A stretch of DNA of 63,382 bases, the filler included, from Choristocarpus tenellus KU-1152 (Eukaryota; Protista; Phaeophyceae), in NCBI GenBank assembly GCA_964200185.2. It is 11 parts of 11 records of this genome, joined end to end, with 100 filler letters (N's around TTAATTAATTAA, not from the genome) between each part and the next. Parts side by side here need not be neighbours in the genome. Positions count along the whole stretch, not along the records: positions 30,526 to 35,640 come from CAXNAD020011824.1; positions 35,741 to 40,838 come from CAXNAD020011885.1; positions 40,939 to 43,884 come from CAXNAD020023458.1; positions 43,985 to 51,174 come from CAXNAD020006564.1; 7 more parts are not named here. The stretch is one strand, 5' to 3'. The position numbers were made by a program, and so were the translations under genes. Positions 35,186-47,568 of the stretch are shown here, one piece after another. Each line of letters opens with the position of its first letter. Positions within the stretch are counted from its first letter, which is position 1. The notes beneath the pieces were generated by a model, which did not search any database, had not been told where the DNA came from, and saw only the letters and a list, made by a program, of their open reading frames with translations.

Positions 35186-38053
35186 AGGTGGTAGATTGGT
35201 TAGGGGTGGGAATGGGAGCTAAGACAGAAGGGTAGCGTGATCTTGTGATGTTGTGTCATCCCTGTTCAGGCAGGCATATCAACAATATCACCTACTGTTC
35301 TTATTAGTAGTGTTTAATTGGGAAAAACAGTAAACCTAGAGAAATTTGTCATGACCACGGCCATACATGACAGCGGCACCTCTGCGATTGAGTCAGTTCA
35401 GCAACGAAACAATGTATATATCATGCAACCTGCCTCGCTTTACAGGAGAATTTACTGAAAATACGTATGCTCGATGCATGTGGTGCTGCCTTGCCTGCAT
35501 TGAGCTCAAGAAATTCCCAAACTAATAATGAGGGAATCACAGTAGGTGAGTTATGTTGAAGTAACGATGATGATCCCCAGGACTCTTCAGAAGCTTGTGT
35601 ATGGTCCTAATCCACAGACCTAAAGTATCTTGGGAGGGGGNNNNNNNNNNNNNNNNNNNNNNNNNNNNNNNNNNNNNNNNNNNNTTAATTAATTAANNNN
35701 NNNNNNNNNNNNNNNNNNNNNNNNNNNNNNNNNNNNNNNNTTTTTTAAAAAAACATAAAAAAAAAAAGGGGGGCAAGGGAGGTTTAGGTTTTTTTTTCCC
35801 CCCCCCCCCCCCCCCCCCCCCCCCCTTCTTCTTTGTGTGCGGCATTTGTGATGCGAATTTTAAAAAAATGTTACCTGTTGTAAATGAGACTAAATCGGGA
35901 TCGTTTTGGGACGAACAGTTTCAACGCAAAACATTTTTTTTTTTGTCCAATGCAAATGAGACGTAAATGTCGCCAGCCGTGCTGTGAGTGAGCTGAGCGC
36001 ACCGGACCCCCAATACAAACCCTAACCCTTGCCAAAACCCCATAAAAAAAAAAATGTTATATTTATTTATTTTATATTATTTTTGCCTGCCACGAACAAG
36101 CTGGCCCTGGTGACGGGGGGATGTGCAGCCAACTGACTACCTCCGTAGGTTGGTCCAAGCGATGATGTTTGTTGCCCCTCCTTCTGTCTCAATTCAGCTG
36201 TCTCCTTGAGCCAGATGTGCCTGTTGATTCCCATTGCCCCTGAAATGCTTCCCTGTTCTCATGTGTCCGTCCTCTGCTTGTGATGATCATAAAAGACTCT
36301 TGGCTCACTAGAGCAGAGTACGAGGAGTACGGTTCTACATATATCCATGAAAGGTGTGGGGCATAGGAAAAGGAGAGAGGAGGGTTGTGTAAAGAGCGAT
36401 TTATTGATGTTAACTGAAAAGACTTAGCAGCAGTAGCTACAGCTACAGCTACAGCAAAAAGAGTGGTAAAATACCAAAGAAGCTTCTACCTGGACTTGAC
36501 TTGCAACCTCAAAGCGCCAAAAGAGTGTCGGCGGTGGTAGGTGATTCCTTTCTGATAGGAGGAGGCTCTCCGCTGCTAGTGCTGTAACAGACAGTAGGGG
36601 GTTCCGTTCACACACACGAGGTGTTGACAAGAAGCAAAGTATATTTTTATTTTTGTTGTTGCAGAGGAACAGCGAGGGGGAGAGGGAGAAGGGGGGGGGT
36701 ATGAGTGTGAGATACGCAAGGCAGAGGTTTGTTTTTGCTTCTTTTTTTTTTTTTTAAAGAAAGAAAAAAAGGAGGAAATTTTGTTGTGAAGTACACCCTA
36801 TTTCTTTACTGGTTGATTGGTTGAACACTATGTACGGTAGCATGCGTGTCTTGCTGGAGCAGGACAAAATCCTGTTCGATGGAAGACTCGAGTTTGGCTG
36901 AGGGCATTTGAAAGTCTTTTTGGTTTTTGAATTCGAATTTTCTGGACCTGCTGCTTTGATTGTTGAGGGGAGGTGATGGAGAGTGGCACATGGGGATGGG
37001 GGTGGTGGTGATACCTGAGCATTTTTTTGTTTGTTTCTTATGGCTATACTTGTGTACCATGAACAGTTTTGGTCTTTCAGAGGAAAGGGTAGCGGGGTGG
37101 ACTGGGCAGAGGTCGCTGTTCTTTTTTGAACATTGTGTTGTCATGTACACATCTGAAACATTAAACAAAAATAGTACTGCGGGGCATACGGTAGTATTAG
37201 GTAACCCATGGGAGTCCATGGCAGTGGCTGCAATCGATGCACTCCAAGCTTTTCCTGTACAACTACTGTGGCAGTGTTGTTTGTGGGTTGTTTGTGGATG
37301 AAGAGGGGGATGGCACTAGTGATACTAGTGCAAATGGTGGCTAAGAGTGAGCAAGGAAGTGTAGGGGTGTGTTCATTCATTGCGTGTTTTCTAGAGGAAA
37401 CCTTTGATGGCAGGAGGCAGGAGCCAATCCCTCTGAATGTTTTGTTTCACTTTTCTTGTTACTTGTAGGCTGTTAAAACTATGGGTGATCGCTTTGTATC
37501 CTGCTTGTCTGAATGGTTTATTTCTGGACGGGTGGGTGTGGTCTCTATGTGGATTTTTTTTGTGTGTTTTGGTTGATGGGGGATTCTGTACGTATGGGTT
37601 AGGGTTGTGCGGGAAAGGGCTCTGCACGACATGCATTTTACATGTTTACTGTTGGAGTGTGTTCTTTGTTGGTGAGTTGTGGATTTGTAGTGTAGCACTG
37701 GCTACTTGTGCTGCTCCTGTATTGGTTAAGTGTCGGGATTGTAGTGTCCGTCACCTAGCTGATTTCCGAGTGAGGTGTTGGAGAAAAGATTCTGAGGGAA
37801 ACACCGTCACTTGAGGACCCTTAAAGTGTGTGTGATTCTGTGTGTCTGTGTGAGTCTGTGTGTGTGATTTTTTTGTGTTGTGTAGGCCGCAGGTCACAAG
37901 TGAGGTTTTACTTTCAGGAGGAGTGTTGCGCTGGTGTTGTTTTGTTCCTCCTATACTATGATGTCCTGCTTTTCTGTATTGGATCGCAGCATGGTAGGTC
38001 ACAGAGGCCTTGCGTGTTATATATGCCACACTATGGGCTTGTTTTGGTGTACA

Positions 38054-38499
38054 GGGAGGCGGCGTGCGGGGCATGGGCACTGGATGATAAGATAGAAGAT
38101 TTTGGTGCTACCAATAGTACACCCTTTGTTCTCAAGGATGTATGTATGGTGTATGTGCTCTTGAGTAGCTGCTTGAAATAGATAGCGTTGGGCATTTGGT
38201 TTAGAGGTCATCTGGTATGACGACAGTGCATCAGTGTCTTCTTTGCAATGTATGATGTGCACGTAGTGTATCTGTCGGTATGGGCGGTCTTGTTCTCCTA
38301 ACCCACGAAACTCGATCTTCTCACATTTTTTGTACGTTCTGTTGGTGTGGTACATTGCTTTTCTTAGGGTTAGGGTTAGCATATTGTATGCTTTTCTTCG
38401 ATTGATTGCTCTTGCTGTGCATGTGTTCAGGAGGAGCTGAGAAGGCGTCTTGTTGGTGCTGATGATCGCCCTGTATTATTGAAGGCTCTCGTTTGTTAG
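38054..38499 (+). CDS. Possible last two exons of an unidentified gene
   Basis: cag|GGAGGCG...AAGGAT|gtatgt (EAACGAWALDDKIEDFGATNSTPFVLKD) and ttcag|GAGGAG... (EELRRRLVGADDRPVLLKALVC*) are phase compatible; GT-rich flanks fit + strand introns; no recognisable motif. Confidence 0.25.
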
Positions 38500-39271
38500 G
38501 TTGTGATACAAGTGTATGTTATCTGAGTAGAGGCCGGGCCTCTTGTAAGAATTAAATAATAATAAACCAATACAGGGAGAATTTGACCGCGATTATCAAA
38601 ATTTAATGTAGGACGTGAAAAGTACCAATCGGAAGGGTGAACATCCATTCATAGACCTATTAATCGGTAAGAACTAGCCTTCAACAAAATACTGCCAAGT
38701 ACTTAGTACGAGAATAGTATACAATAATAAGGTATTTTTTATTATGCCCTCGACATTTTCCAGATGTGTCAGGAGAAAAACCAATGAAAAACCATTCAAA
38801 CGTCAGAACAACCCCAGAAAAAGTAACAGTTGTCACAAATGTGAACGATATCTTCTTATCATCTACTACTCCAGAGTATTTACTATTTTACTACCAGCTA
38901 TGCCACACCACTGCCTTCCTGTGCTTCCAACGTAGCTCAGTCCTGCACCCCAGAGTGAGAAGCTAGGGAAGCATCCTAACAAGCCCCTCCTTACCCATCT
39001 CCCTGGTGTCTCCAGCCTAAAACGCATGACACCTCTAGCTAGAGCTACTTGTGTTGTGACAGACACTATCTGTCGTAGACGGGATTTGACAGCCCCTTTC
39101 CTCCTGTAGCGTCATGCCCCTCACCCCCCTTCCATGTCCTTAGCCAACTCATCCAGAACACTTTCAGCTTGCTTACCGAGGCACCCAAAACTTTCAACCA
39201 CAATGGTGTTGAGATTTTATCTACGAGGGCCATATTATTAATATGCCCTTTGACAATATGCACATGTGTCA

Positions 39272-39419
39272 AACAGCCGATTTCAAAAATTGAGGATGGA
39301 GATTTCATTGAGGATGCATTATACAAAAAATATATATATCGACACTTTATCCCAGTCAATTTTGGGTCAAGCCCATCCTCAATGAAAAGCTCCATCCTCA
39401 ATTTTTGAAATAGGCTGTT
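39272..39419 (+). mobile_element. MITE family C, full copy (148 bp, ~46-bp TIR)
   Basis: AACAGCCGATTTCAAAAATTGAGGATGGAGATTTCATTGAGGATG...CATCCTCAATGAAAAGCTCCATCCTCAATTTTTGAAATAGGCTGTT; flanks GTCA/GTCG. Confidence 0.9.
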
Positions 39420-40999
39420 GTCGGGGAAAGAGCCAATTCATTGCTACAATGAACCCTGTAAATGTAACAGTTGTCGAACATGTGACAGATATCTCCTCAA
39501 AACATATTCACTATTTGAGTACTGGCTATATAACAACACTCCCTTGAAGGTTGGTACTTACAAAGAAATATGTGCACTCCTAAACCTCTCACCTAGCCTA
39601 CCCTAACAAAAGTGCACAACGACGTAGGAAAACATCCCCACAATCTGACAGGCGTCAGTCAAAGCAACCGAGAGGTATCCCAGGTATTGACCGACCTATA
39701 GTATAACTCCGTTCATACATATTTTGCAATCTCTAGTTTTGACTCAAAAAGCGTTCATTTCTCTATCGCTTGAATATATTCTAACACCATTCAGAAAATG
39801 ACACACACATTTCACCAAAGGCCGGATTTGCACATATTTGTATACTTCATCAAGACATAACTCTCTGAACCTCTACTTTACTTTGACTCCCTCTTGCCTA
39901 TAAGATTGGTGCCTCTAGCTTGAAACAAATGACACGTCTTGAGAGAGTTATCATTTCAGTGAAGGACACAATCTGTCCTAAGCAGACTTGAAAGATCCTT
40001 TCCTACCATATCCTTCCGACTCTATCCACCCAAAAGCATAGTGATTAATTCATCCAAGAAATTATTTCCTTGCATAAAAAGATGCCCAAACTTTTCACCA
40101 CAAAGGTGTTTAGGACGAAACTATAAAAATTGGGAGACACCTCGTAGTGGGTGCGATTTGAAGCTTGAATTCTGCACCAAATACACCTGTGATAGTGGTT
40201 GAAACGGACAGCTGCTACATATCAATAAGGTATCATCCTCCACAATGTAAGCCATGTTATTATCTCACTAAGGAGTAATCCCAAGTGACAAGGACATTAT
40301 AACTCAGTAGCGGTAGGTAATCAATATTCAAACACTATTTTTATATGCACATGGTATTATTGATAGTAGTAATTTACTTTGAAGTGTAAAGTATCGCCCA
40401 AGAAACCCAGGTCAGGTCACACTACATACACACAAGGGAACACTATTGCACACACCAGTCCTCTACTACTGTGTAGGGATTATATACAACATAGTAAACG
40501 GTACAAGCGTCACACAGCACGATCCCTGTCGTCCACCCATCTATCTGAACTTTGCTGCTCATTTTTTGCTGCTCATTCTTTGCTTTCATTGGTTGTGGTG
40601 AGGACCACAGTTGTTTTTTAGTTCTTTTTTTTTAGTTTTTAGTTTTTTTTTTTCATCTTTTTTTTCATCTTTTTGTTTGCTTGTTTAAATTGTGATGACA
40701 GTGATAACGAAAAAGAAGCGTAGTGCAATCCACATGAATGTACACACACCCAAAACATGGTGAAAACGTTATGGTGATCAATTGTGATCATGTTGGTGCC
40801 CTCTTGTGTTGCTCCATCATTCAACATACAACGGCGATNNNNNNNNNNNNNNNNNNNNNNNNNNNNNNNNNNNNNNNNNNNNTTAATTAATTAANNNNNN
40901 NNNNNNNNNNNNNNNNNNNNNNNNNNNNNNNNNNNNNNGTGTGTTACTTTTTGCAATCCAATCTATATGCACACCGTGGTTGAGCTGGTCCATAAATCA

Positions 41000-42900
41000 T
41001 TGTACAGTGCATACAGTAAGGAGGATAGACCCTCTAGTCTCAGCTTCAAGGAGGAAAAGAGTTTCAGAGTGGCTGTGTTTCCACACTATTCCTTCAAATG
41101 ATATTCTTTCCACATCACAATATACTCAGTGATGACAATGGTTACCACTGGCTCTTAGAGTTGGGAGGGGAGGGCTCTAACAGGTACAACACTAAACATA
41201 ATGAATACAGCTATGCATACACAAGAAACAGCCTTAGGTGTTCAGTGGCAACTTTAATCCCATTAGGTAGCCAAAACCATTATTTCAAAATATTTCATCC
41301 ACATTCACAGTAAGTATCATGTCATCAGAAACAACTAGATACTGGTGCCAAGTGATAATGTGGCTCCCAATTTCCTCTCCATCTCCATCCAAGTTGAATT
41401 TGAGTACCCCACCAGGTATGGTAAACAGATTTTCCCCCTGCAAATAGGATGCTCTTGTTGCACAGATAGCAATATCTGGTAAGTACATCAAGCCATCACT
41501 AATGAAGGCAAACAGAACTCAGATTTGCAGAACAAACATACACTTTGGAATCATCCACTTGCCAGAGAGTAGACAATGCATCTCAACCGATTGATTACAT
41601 TGTTTTCTTGTATTGTCAGTAATGTGATGCCTCCCACCTCCCGCAGTATAATTGATCCTGTTGTTGTTAGTTGAATTATTGATTGCACTGTAATTGATTT
41701 TTTTCACGCTCTCAACTATTTCAGAGCAAGTCTATAGGCTCCTTGAGACCATGACTGCTGTCCTACACCACATGAAGCTCACCCAATGCCTGGCTGGCAA
41801 CATGTTTCTTGTTTCCCATTTCAAATGTAGACACATAAAAATCAAAGTGCATCTACAGCTCTGACACTCATTCATGCATCAGATCAAAGAAGAATGGCTG
41901 TACTTCTCCAAAATGCTTACATTGATTCATTCCTTCATGCCATCAACTGGATGTTGGGGAAGTCGAGGGTTGAGTGATGCAACAAGAAGGAAGCCCCCCC
42001 AACAGATCCTACCTCTCTATCAACATCCCTCATATATCGAGAAAGGTAAAGAATCATGCATCCTTCAGAATCAGAGTTTCTTCAATAGATGTAAAATATC
42101 TTGACGGTGTGGTCAAGATGAAACAAACACGTGTATTTTTCACTTTTTTTTGTCACTGGAACAGTTGTGTATGTGCTTGTATTTGTATACAGGTATCTCA
42201 GGACATGTTACCTAGTTTAATGTCATAGTGCACACACTGCAGGGCATGCCAGGTGATTGCATGCTGATACAGAGGATCAAGGTCACTCCAGACTTCTCCA
42301 CGGAGAGCTGCCGAGTCAATGACACCACATACGTGAGGTACTGTTGACAGACGGTTCCCATGACATTTGTGTCAAGTTTGAACTTTTGGCAAACATGTAA
42401 ACAATCAAATGTACCAAAATGGAATACACTTTCACACGAGGAAAAAGTCAAGTTGTGTGTGGGTTGTGCGGGGGTTTTTGCTGTTAGCACAGACTGCCCC
42501 CAGAATAAATTAATTATTGCTTTGAAGACAATACAATGGTGAGGCATTAGTTGTCAAACCTGTTCATCAGAAATAAACTTTTGTTATCCTTATCCCATTG
42601 GACAATATATTGTAAGTATGGTAATGTTAGTGGTTGAGATAATCACAGATGTGCTGATTCTTACAATGACCGCATTGTTCGTTATCTAAGTCTAGAACAT
42701 GATCACCCAAACAAGCACCAAGCAAAGTGCAAATGATAACAAACCTATGGCTCTGTGGTCACCTGTACACTGAGACAACACAGTATCTATGGCATTCTTC
42801 AATGAACCCTATGTGAAATCACCCAGCCATCAGTACATTCACATTTCCTCCTGACATCCCAACACACACATAGTTGGTAGCAACAGATCTGAACTAAAGG
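41000..42900 (-). mobile_element. Decayed Ty1/Copia integrase-RT relic
   Basis: FWGQSVLTA...HFGTFDCLHV..KFKLDT (integrase C-terminus), then VSRSL* (KSLYG-like), then YLPDIAICAT (RPDIA-like), in Copia INT-RT order. Confidence 0.55.
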
Positions 42901-43330
42901 GACAAACCTAGGGCAACCGTGAAAAGCTTGAAATGATATCTGCAACAAAACATTCTCCAGTAACCCACAGTGGGGCAGTAAACCACTTCGATGTCAAGTT
43001 CTGAGACACAATCACCTCCCACTGGTAGCTGATCTCACAACCGTCGTAACAACCAATAAAAAGTGTGAAGAATGAAACATGATAAATGAGAGTGAGGGAA
43101 TAAAAGAACACTACTTACTTAGGGTTAGCGTCACCATCCCATAGAAAAGCAACCCAGAAGGAAAGAAACCCAACAAGGACAGATCGGTGCGTCTGTGGAG
43201 GATCAAACTATACAGCCAAGGCGACAGCCCTCTCCAGGATATACCCCATCTTCCCACTGAGGAAATGAGGAAATCGACTGACTGGCCTAGGAGTACGAAA
43301 CAGCAACACAAACAAACTGTGGCAAATGCA

Positions 43331-43882
43331 CTAAAATAAGGTATTGGTCACGGCCCAGGTAAAAACTTGCGGATACTGTCGAGCCATAGTGGGAGATAAG
43401 GTCACTTCGTCACAAGGGCAACCATTGGCCCTTGCCCACTGCAGGATGTGGACGTGTCCCGCATCAATGGCAGAGAAACAGGTCCACTCGTCCCAAGGGC
43501 AGTCATGGGCCCTTGCCCACTTCAAGATATCTAAGTAGCCCCCAATAGCAGCTTGTTGGCAGGTCCCTGCATCCCAGGGGCAACCATTGCTTCTTGCCCA
43601 GATGAGTACTTTCAAGTGACCCTTCGAAGCGGCAGCCGAGCACGTGTGAGCATCCCATGGGCAGCCGTGTGCCCTGGCCCACTTCAGGATGTCTAGGCGA
43701 CCCCCTTCCGCAGCACTGGAACAGGTCCCTTCATTCCAAGGTCTTTCATCCCAGGGGCAGTCGTTGGGCTTGGTCCACCTCAAGGTATCCAATTGACCTC
43801 CCAAGGCGGGAAAGGAATATGCCATTCCATCCCAAGAGCACTCGTTCGTCTTTGTCCATTTCAACGCATTGAGGTGTCCCCC
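43331..43882 (-). CDS. Ankyrin-like CPWD-repeat protein, 3' part (ORF open to the contig break)
   Basis: About 7 repeats of 25 aa, e.g. AAxGGHLxxLKWARAxGCPWDxxTC; frame open from 43882 to TAG at 43331. Confidence 0.85.
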   Translation of the reverse strand, partial: GGHLNALKWTKTNECSWDGMAYSFPALGGQLDTLRWTKPNDCPWDERPWNEGTCSSAAEGGRLDILKWARAHGCPWDAHTCSAAASKGHLKVLIWARSNGCPWDAGTCQQAAIGGYLDILKWARAHDCPWDEWTCFSAIDAGHVHILQWARANGCPCDEVTLSPTMARQYPQVFTWAVTNTLF

Positions 43883-43999
43883 ACNNNNNNNNNNNNNNNN
43901 NNNNNNNNNNNNNNNNNNNNNNNNNNNNTTAATTAATTAANNNNNNNNNNNNNNNNNNNNNNNNNNNNNNNNNNNNNNNNNNNNGTTGCTCCAGGAACC

Positions 44000-44620
44000 C
44001 CCAAACTGCCCAGCGTGCCAAGTTAAACCCCTATACAGAACACAAGTAGCACCAAGGACTTACAAGTAGGATGATCTACCAAACTCTCTTCTCCATTCTG
44101 ATCTCGGATCGTGTCACGTTCTAATGTGTATACTCCAGGTCTCGTGCTAGTGGTCCATACAGACAGCAACAAACTCCGCAATACAGTCAGTGGGTTGGTG
44201 CGAAGCGAGGAGGGAAGGTCCAAGGTAGGGGAAAAAGTCGAGGACAAGACCCGAGACGGTTTTCCTCGTCTCCGCAAGACTACTTTTCCATAGAGGGCTG
44301 AGAGCTATTGGGAGACACATTGGGGTCGCTTAAGTAGGATCTGGATAAAGTTGGTCAGTCGTAGGTGTGGCAATCACCGATAAAGGGGGATGAGTTTTGG
44401 CCAACAAATGCAAAATCCTGAACACCCCCAACCAAGGCACTCGGACAAAATATATCGCTTTAGATACTACCTTTTTTGATAGGACGTTCTTGTCTCCACA
44501 AATACTAGCAACCTGTGACAAAAGAATATATTCGTCCTGGTCTGTCTTGTTTAGCACAGATGAGTATTGGAATATGCAGACCGCTGACCGTAAAATCACC
44601 CCAGTCCAAATTGGGTGATT
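44000..44620 (-). mobile_element. Possible Ty3/Gypsy integrase C-terminal relic
   Basis: PWLGVFRIL (WxGPFxI-like) and PTLDLPSS remnants in different frames. Confidence 0.35.
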
Positions 44621-45901
44621 GATTACACAATGTATGTGTTAACTGATCACTCTTAAAATACTCAGGGCCAGTTCTTCTTTTCAGAACCCCACCAGTTCGT
44701 TTTAAGAAGTTTTACTCTAATCTCACTTCATGTCTCATGCCCTCCAACTGTTACAAACAGTCCTCAGAAGTCATGTTTGGGCACACTAGTCACATTCCCT
44801 TCTGAGGAAAAACGGGGCATGGAAAAAAACAAAAACAGACCCTGAACCAACAGGTTCACGTTTTCACTAAAAAATATATTTACCTGTGTAATGAATTTAT
44901 TACTACAGAAAGAGATGCAGCAAACATATTTTCCTATTCTTATAGCGGTGTGATGTAGCTATCTATGTAGTAGCTGGGGACAGTAACTAATGCAAAGTGC
45001 ACAGATGCTTTAGCGTGATTAATATTCAAGACCACCCTGCACAACCTTAAACGGTATAAGTAGACCTCTGATTCCCAAACGTGGGGTCAACCTCTGTTGG
45101 AGCCATGTTCTGTTATTTACTGTTATGCGGCAGTTCATCTCTTGATTATACATCTTTGAAAAACAATATTTCAAGTAAGCGGAAGTTAACAGTGTATGTT
45201 TACTATTTAAATACATACAATTTTCACTTTGGATCAACAATTATTACCTCAATCCATCCTACACAGGAAAGGAAGAATTCAGGACTTTGAACCTCATGAT
45301 TAAGAACACAAGCTACAGCAGGAAGCTACGGCATTTTACTGTGGAATCAAATTATTGTACAATTACTATCCAACAGCAACAATAAATTGTACTACCTGGC
45401 TGATAGAAATATCCTCCCCCCCCCCCCCCCCCCCCCCCCCCACCCCCCTCCTACATACGTTCCCCAGATCATGATGACATGATCACCCAAACAGAAGTGT
45501 AAATCCCCTAAGAAATGCCAAAAAGGAAGCCACCTTCCTGAGTCAACAAGTTCAAAGGAATGTTCAACCTTCAACTCTAGAGGTGTGCCAACCCAAAAAA
45601 GATTACAATGATAAGTGTCAGCTCGATGCATGCGCAGTTACTTGTCCTCTCCTGTTGATTTCTACGGGGTGTTTACGACACAGAACCAATCAGAACAATA
45701 AAAGGTACACCCCTCTCCGTTACATATGTCCAATTGTGTACGCATTCAGATTCACCACTTGCCCCAGCTCTCTCCATCCTGTACTTCACCCTTCGCAGCT
45801 GCCACATTGGTTACCCCTCTTACAGTGTGTGCACCCCTGATGCAAGTACCTCAGCACAGAACACTTGTAAGGATTCACAGACCAAGTAATACCCAAATAC
45901 T

Positions 45902-47536
45902 CTACACGCATGTGGTCTCACTCCAGTCTCTGTTGCGTAGATCACCACAGGAGCTGTACAGAGTGCAGATGGTTGAGCCTGACACAGTCACAGCAGCGGC
46001 ACACATTATGTTCGTGGGCGTAAATTCTGATAAGCTGGTTGACACATGTGAGATATGGTTCGATAAGGAAGGGTTGGGGAGGAACTCTGAAGTTGTATAC
46101 ATGGTTCCTGTAGGGCCCAGGGCAATGCAACATTCTTATTCTAAGCTGGTGCACTAGTTTGAAGTTGTTGCAGTTTCAATCATATAGCCAATCCCTCCGC
46201 ATAATTCATTTTGGGACAAATGCTAACACATTGTTTCCACCTAGGGTAACATAAATACCCGTGGTATTGAAGAATTCAGAGACAAAAGCTGTGTCCCATA
46301 GACAAGCATAACCTACTCCCAGTCATTTGGGACACACGTAAGAGTTGTACTGCACACAGCATATATTCATGTCTTTACACATTGAAGTATCTAGGCATTT
46401 TCCATCGCTCCTGACACTGGTCAGATGGGACAACGGTTATTTGGACGAAGCAAGACTTGGCATTCTATCGCATTTCTCACAGCACATGAGTTTCTACCCA
46501 TTCCTCACTCTAGCAAACCCTGAGGGGCAACTGCCTTCATGGGAAAATGCCTTCCAAACATCAACAAAGGACAACAAATACATCATGCTCTAGCATGAGC
46601 AAGTAAATCAGAAGACTTCACTTGACGGTCATAAAGAAGTTCTGGGCAGATCTTGCAGAAGTTGAATGATATGGCCACCTCTGCGTGGAACTATGACTGC
46701 TACAAAACCTAATGGATTTAAGGAGGGCATAAACATAACAACAGGGGCTAGACCAGAGATCAAAATACAGGGATGGTGTGGCAGTCCGTATTATTCAAAA
46801 TAGTAACAAAATCACTTCAGATAGGATAAAAGCTCAAAATTCACAGTACCAAAAACCTTACCCAGCAGGTGGCAGTCCAGAGGACTCGAGGAAGGACAAC
46901 TAATCTCTTGGGTCATCCCAGCTTGGACATCTGTCCGAGGGACCATGTCATTATCAGGTACCAGAGTGAAGACAAACTGCCAGAAAATTGACAATAGGAT
47001 GAAGGTGGGAAAATAGTGGGAAATGGGGTAGGTGGGTGCAAGCATTGGCAAGAAAGAAAAGAAACCTTGCGATCTATCAAAGAGACAACAGTTGAGGACA
47101 GATGCAAGAACACCACGTACACAACTCAAAACTTACTCTGCTCTAGGGGTCATTCTCATCACCGCATTGCGTGTTGGCTGTTTGGTTTTCAAAAAACGCT
47201 CATACAGATGAAATGTCGCAAACTGATGAAAAAAGAATTGAAAATATTATATATATTTTTGTAAATAGCAGTCCAAATGTGTTTGAGGTGTCAAGAAAAT
47301 TGACCATAATACTATAAAGCCAGCAGAAAGGTGTGAGGCATTCAAGAAAACCTTCCTCGGACACCTAAAAAAACAAGGACATAGGGGGGGGGGGGGGGGG
47401 GGGGGCCACACAACAAAATTTCCTCAATTTGAAGGGTGGACCGACGGGGGGTGTTGTTGACCCGAGGCCCCGATAGAGNNNNNNNNNNAAAAAAAGGGCG
47501 AAAGAAACAACAACGACCACAAAAACAAAACAAAAA

Positions 47537-47568
<32 letters not shown>

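Noticed and set aside
36860-37830. Exon-like frames with a single in-frame TGA (DKILFDGRLEFG*GHLK..., LISE*GVGEK...) as selenoprotein candidates
   Set aside because: No known Sec motif (CxxU, UxxC, GPx ASxUG) and no SECIS identified; alternative frames are equally plausible.
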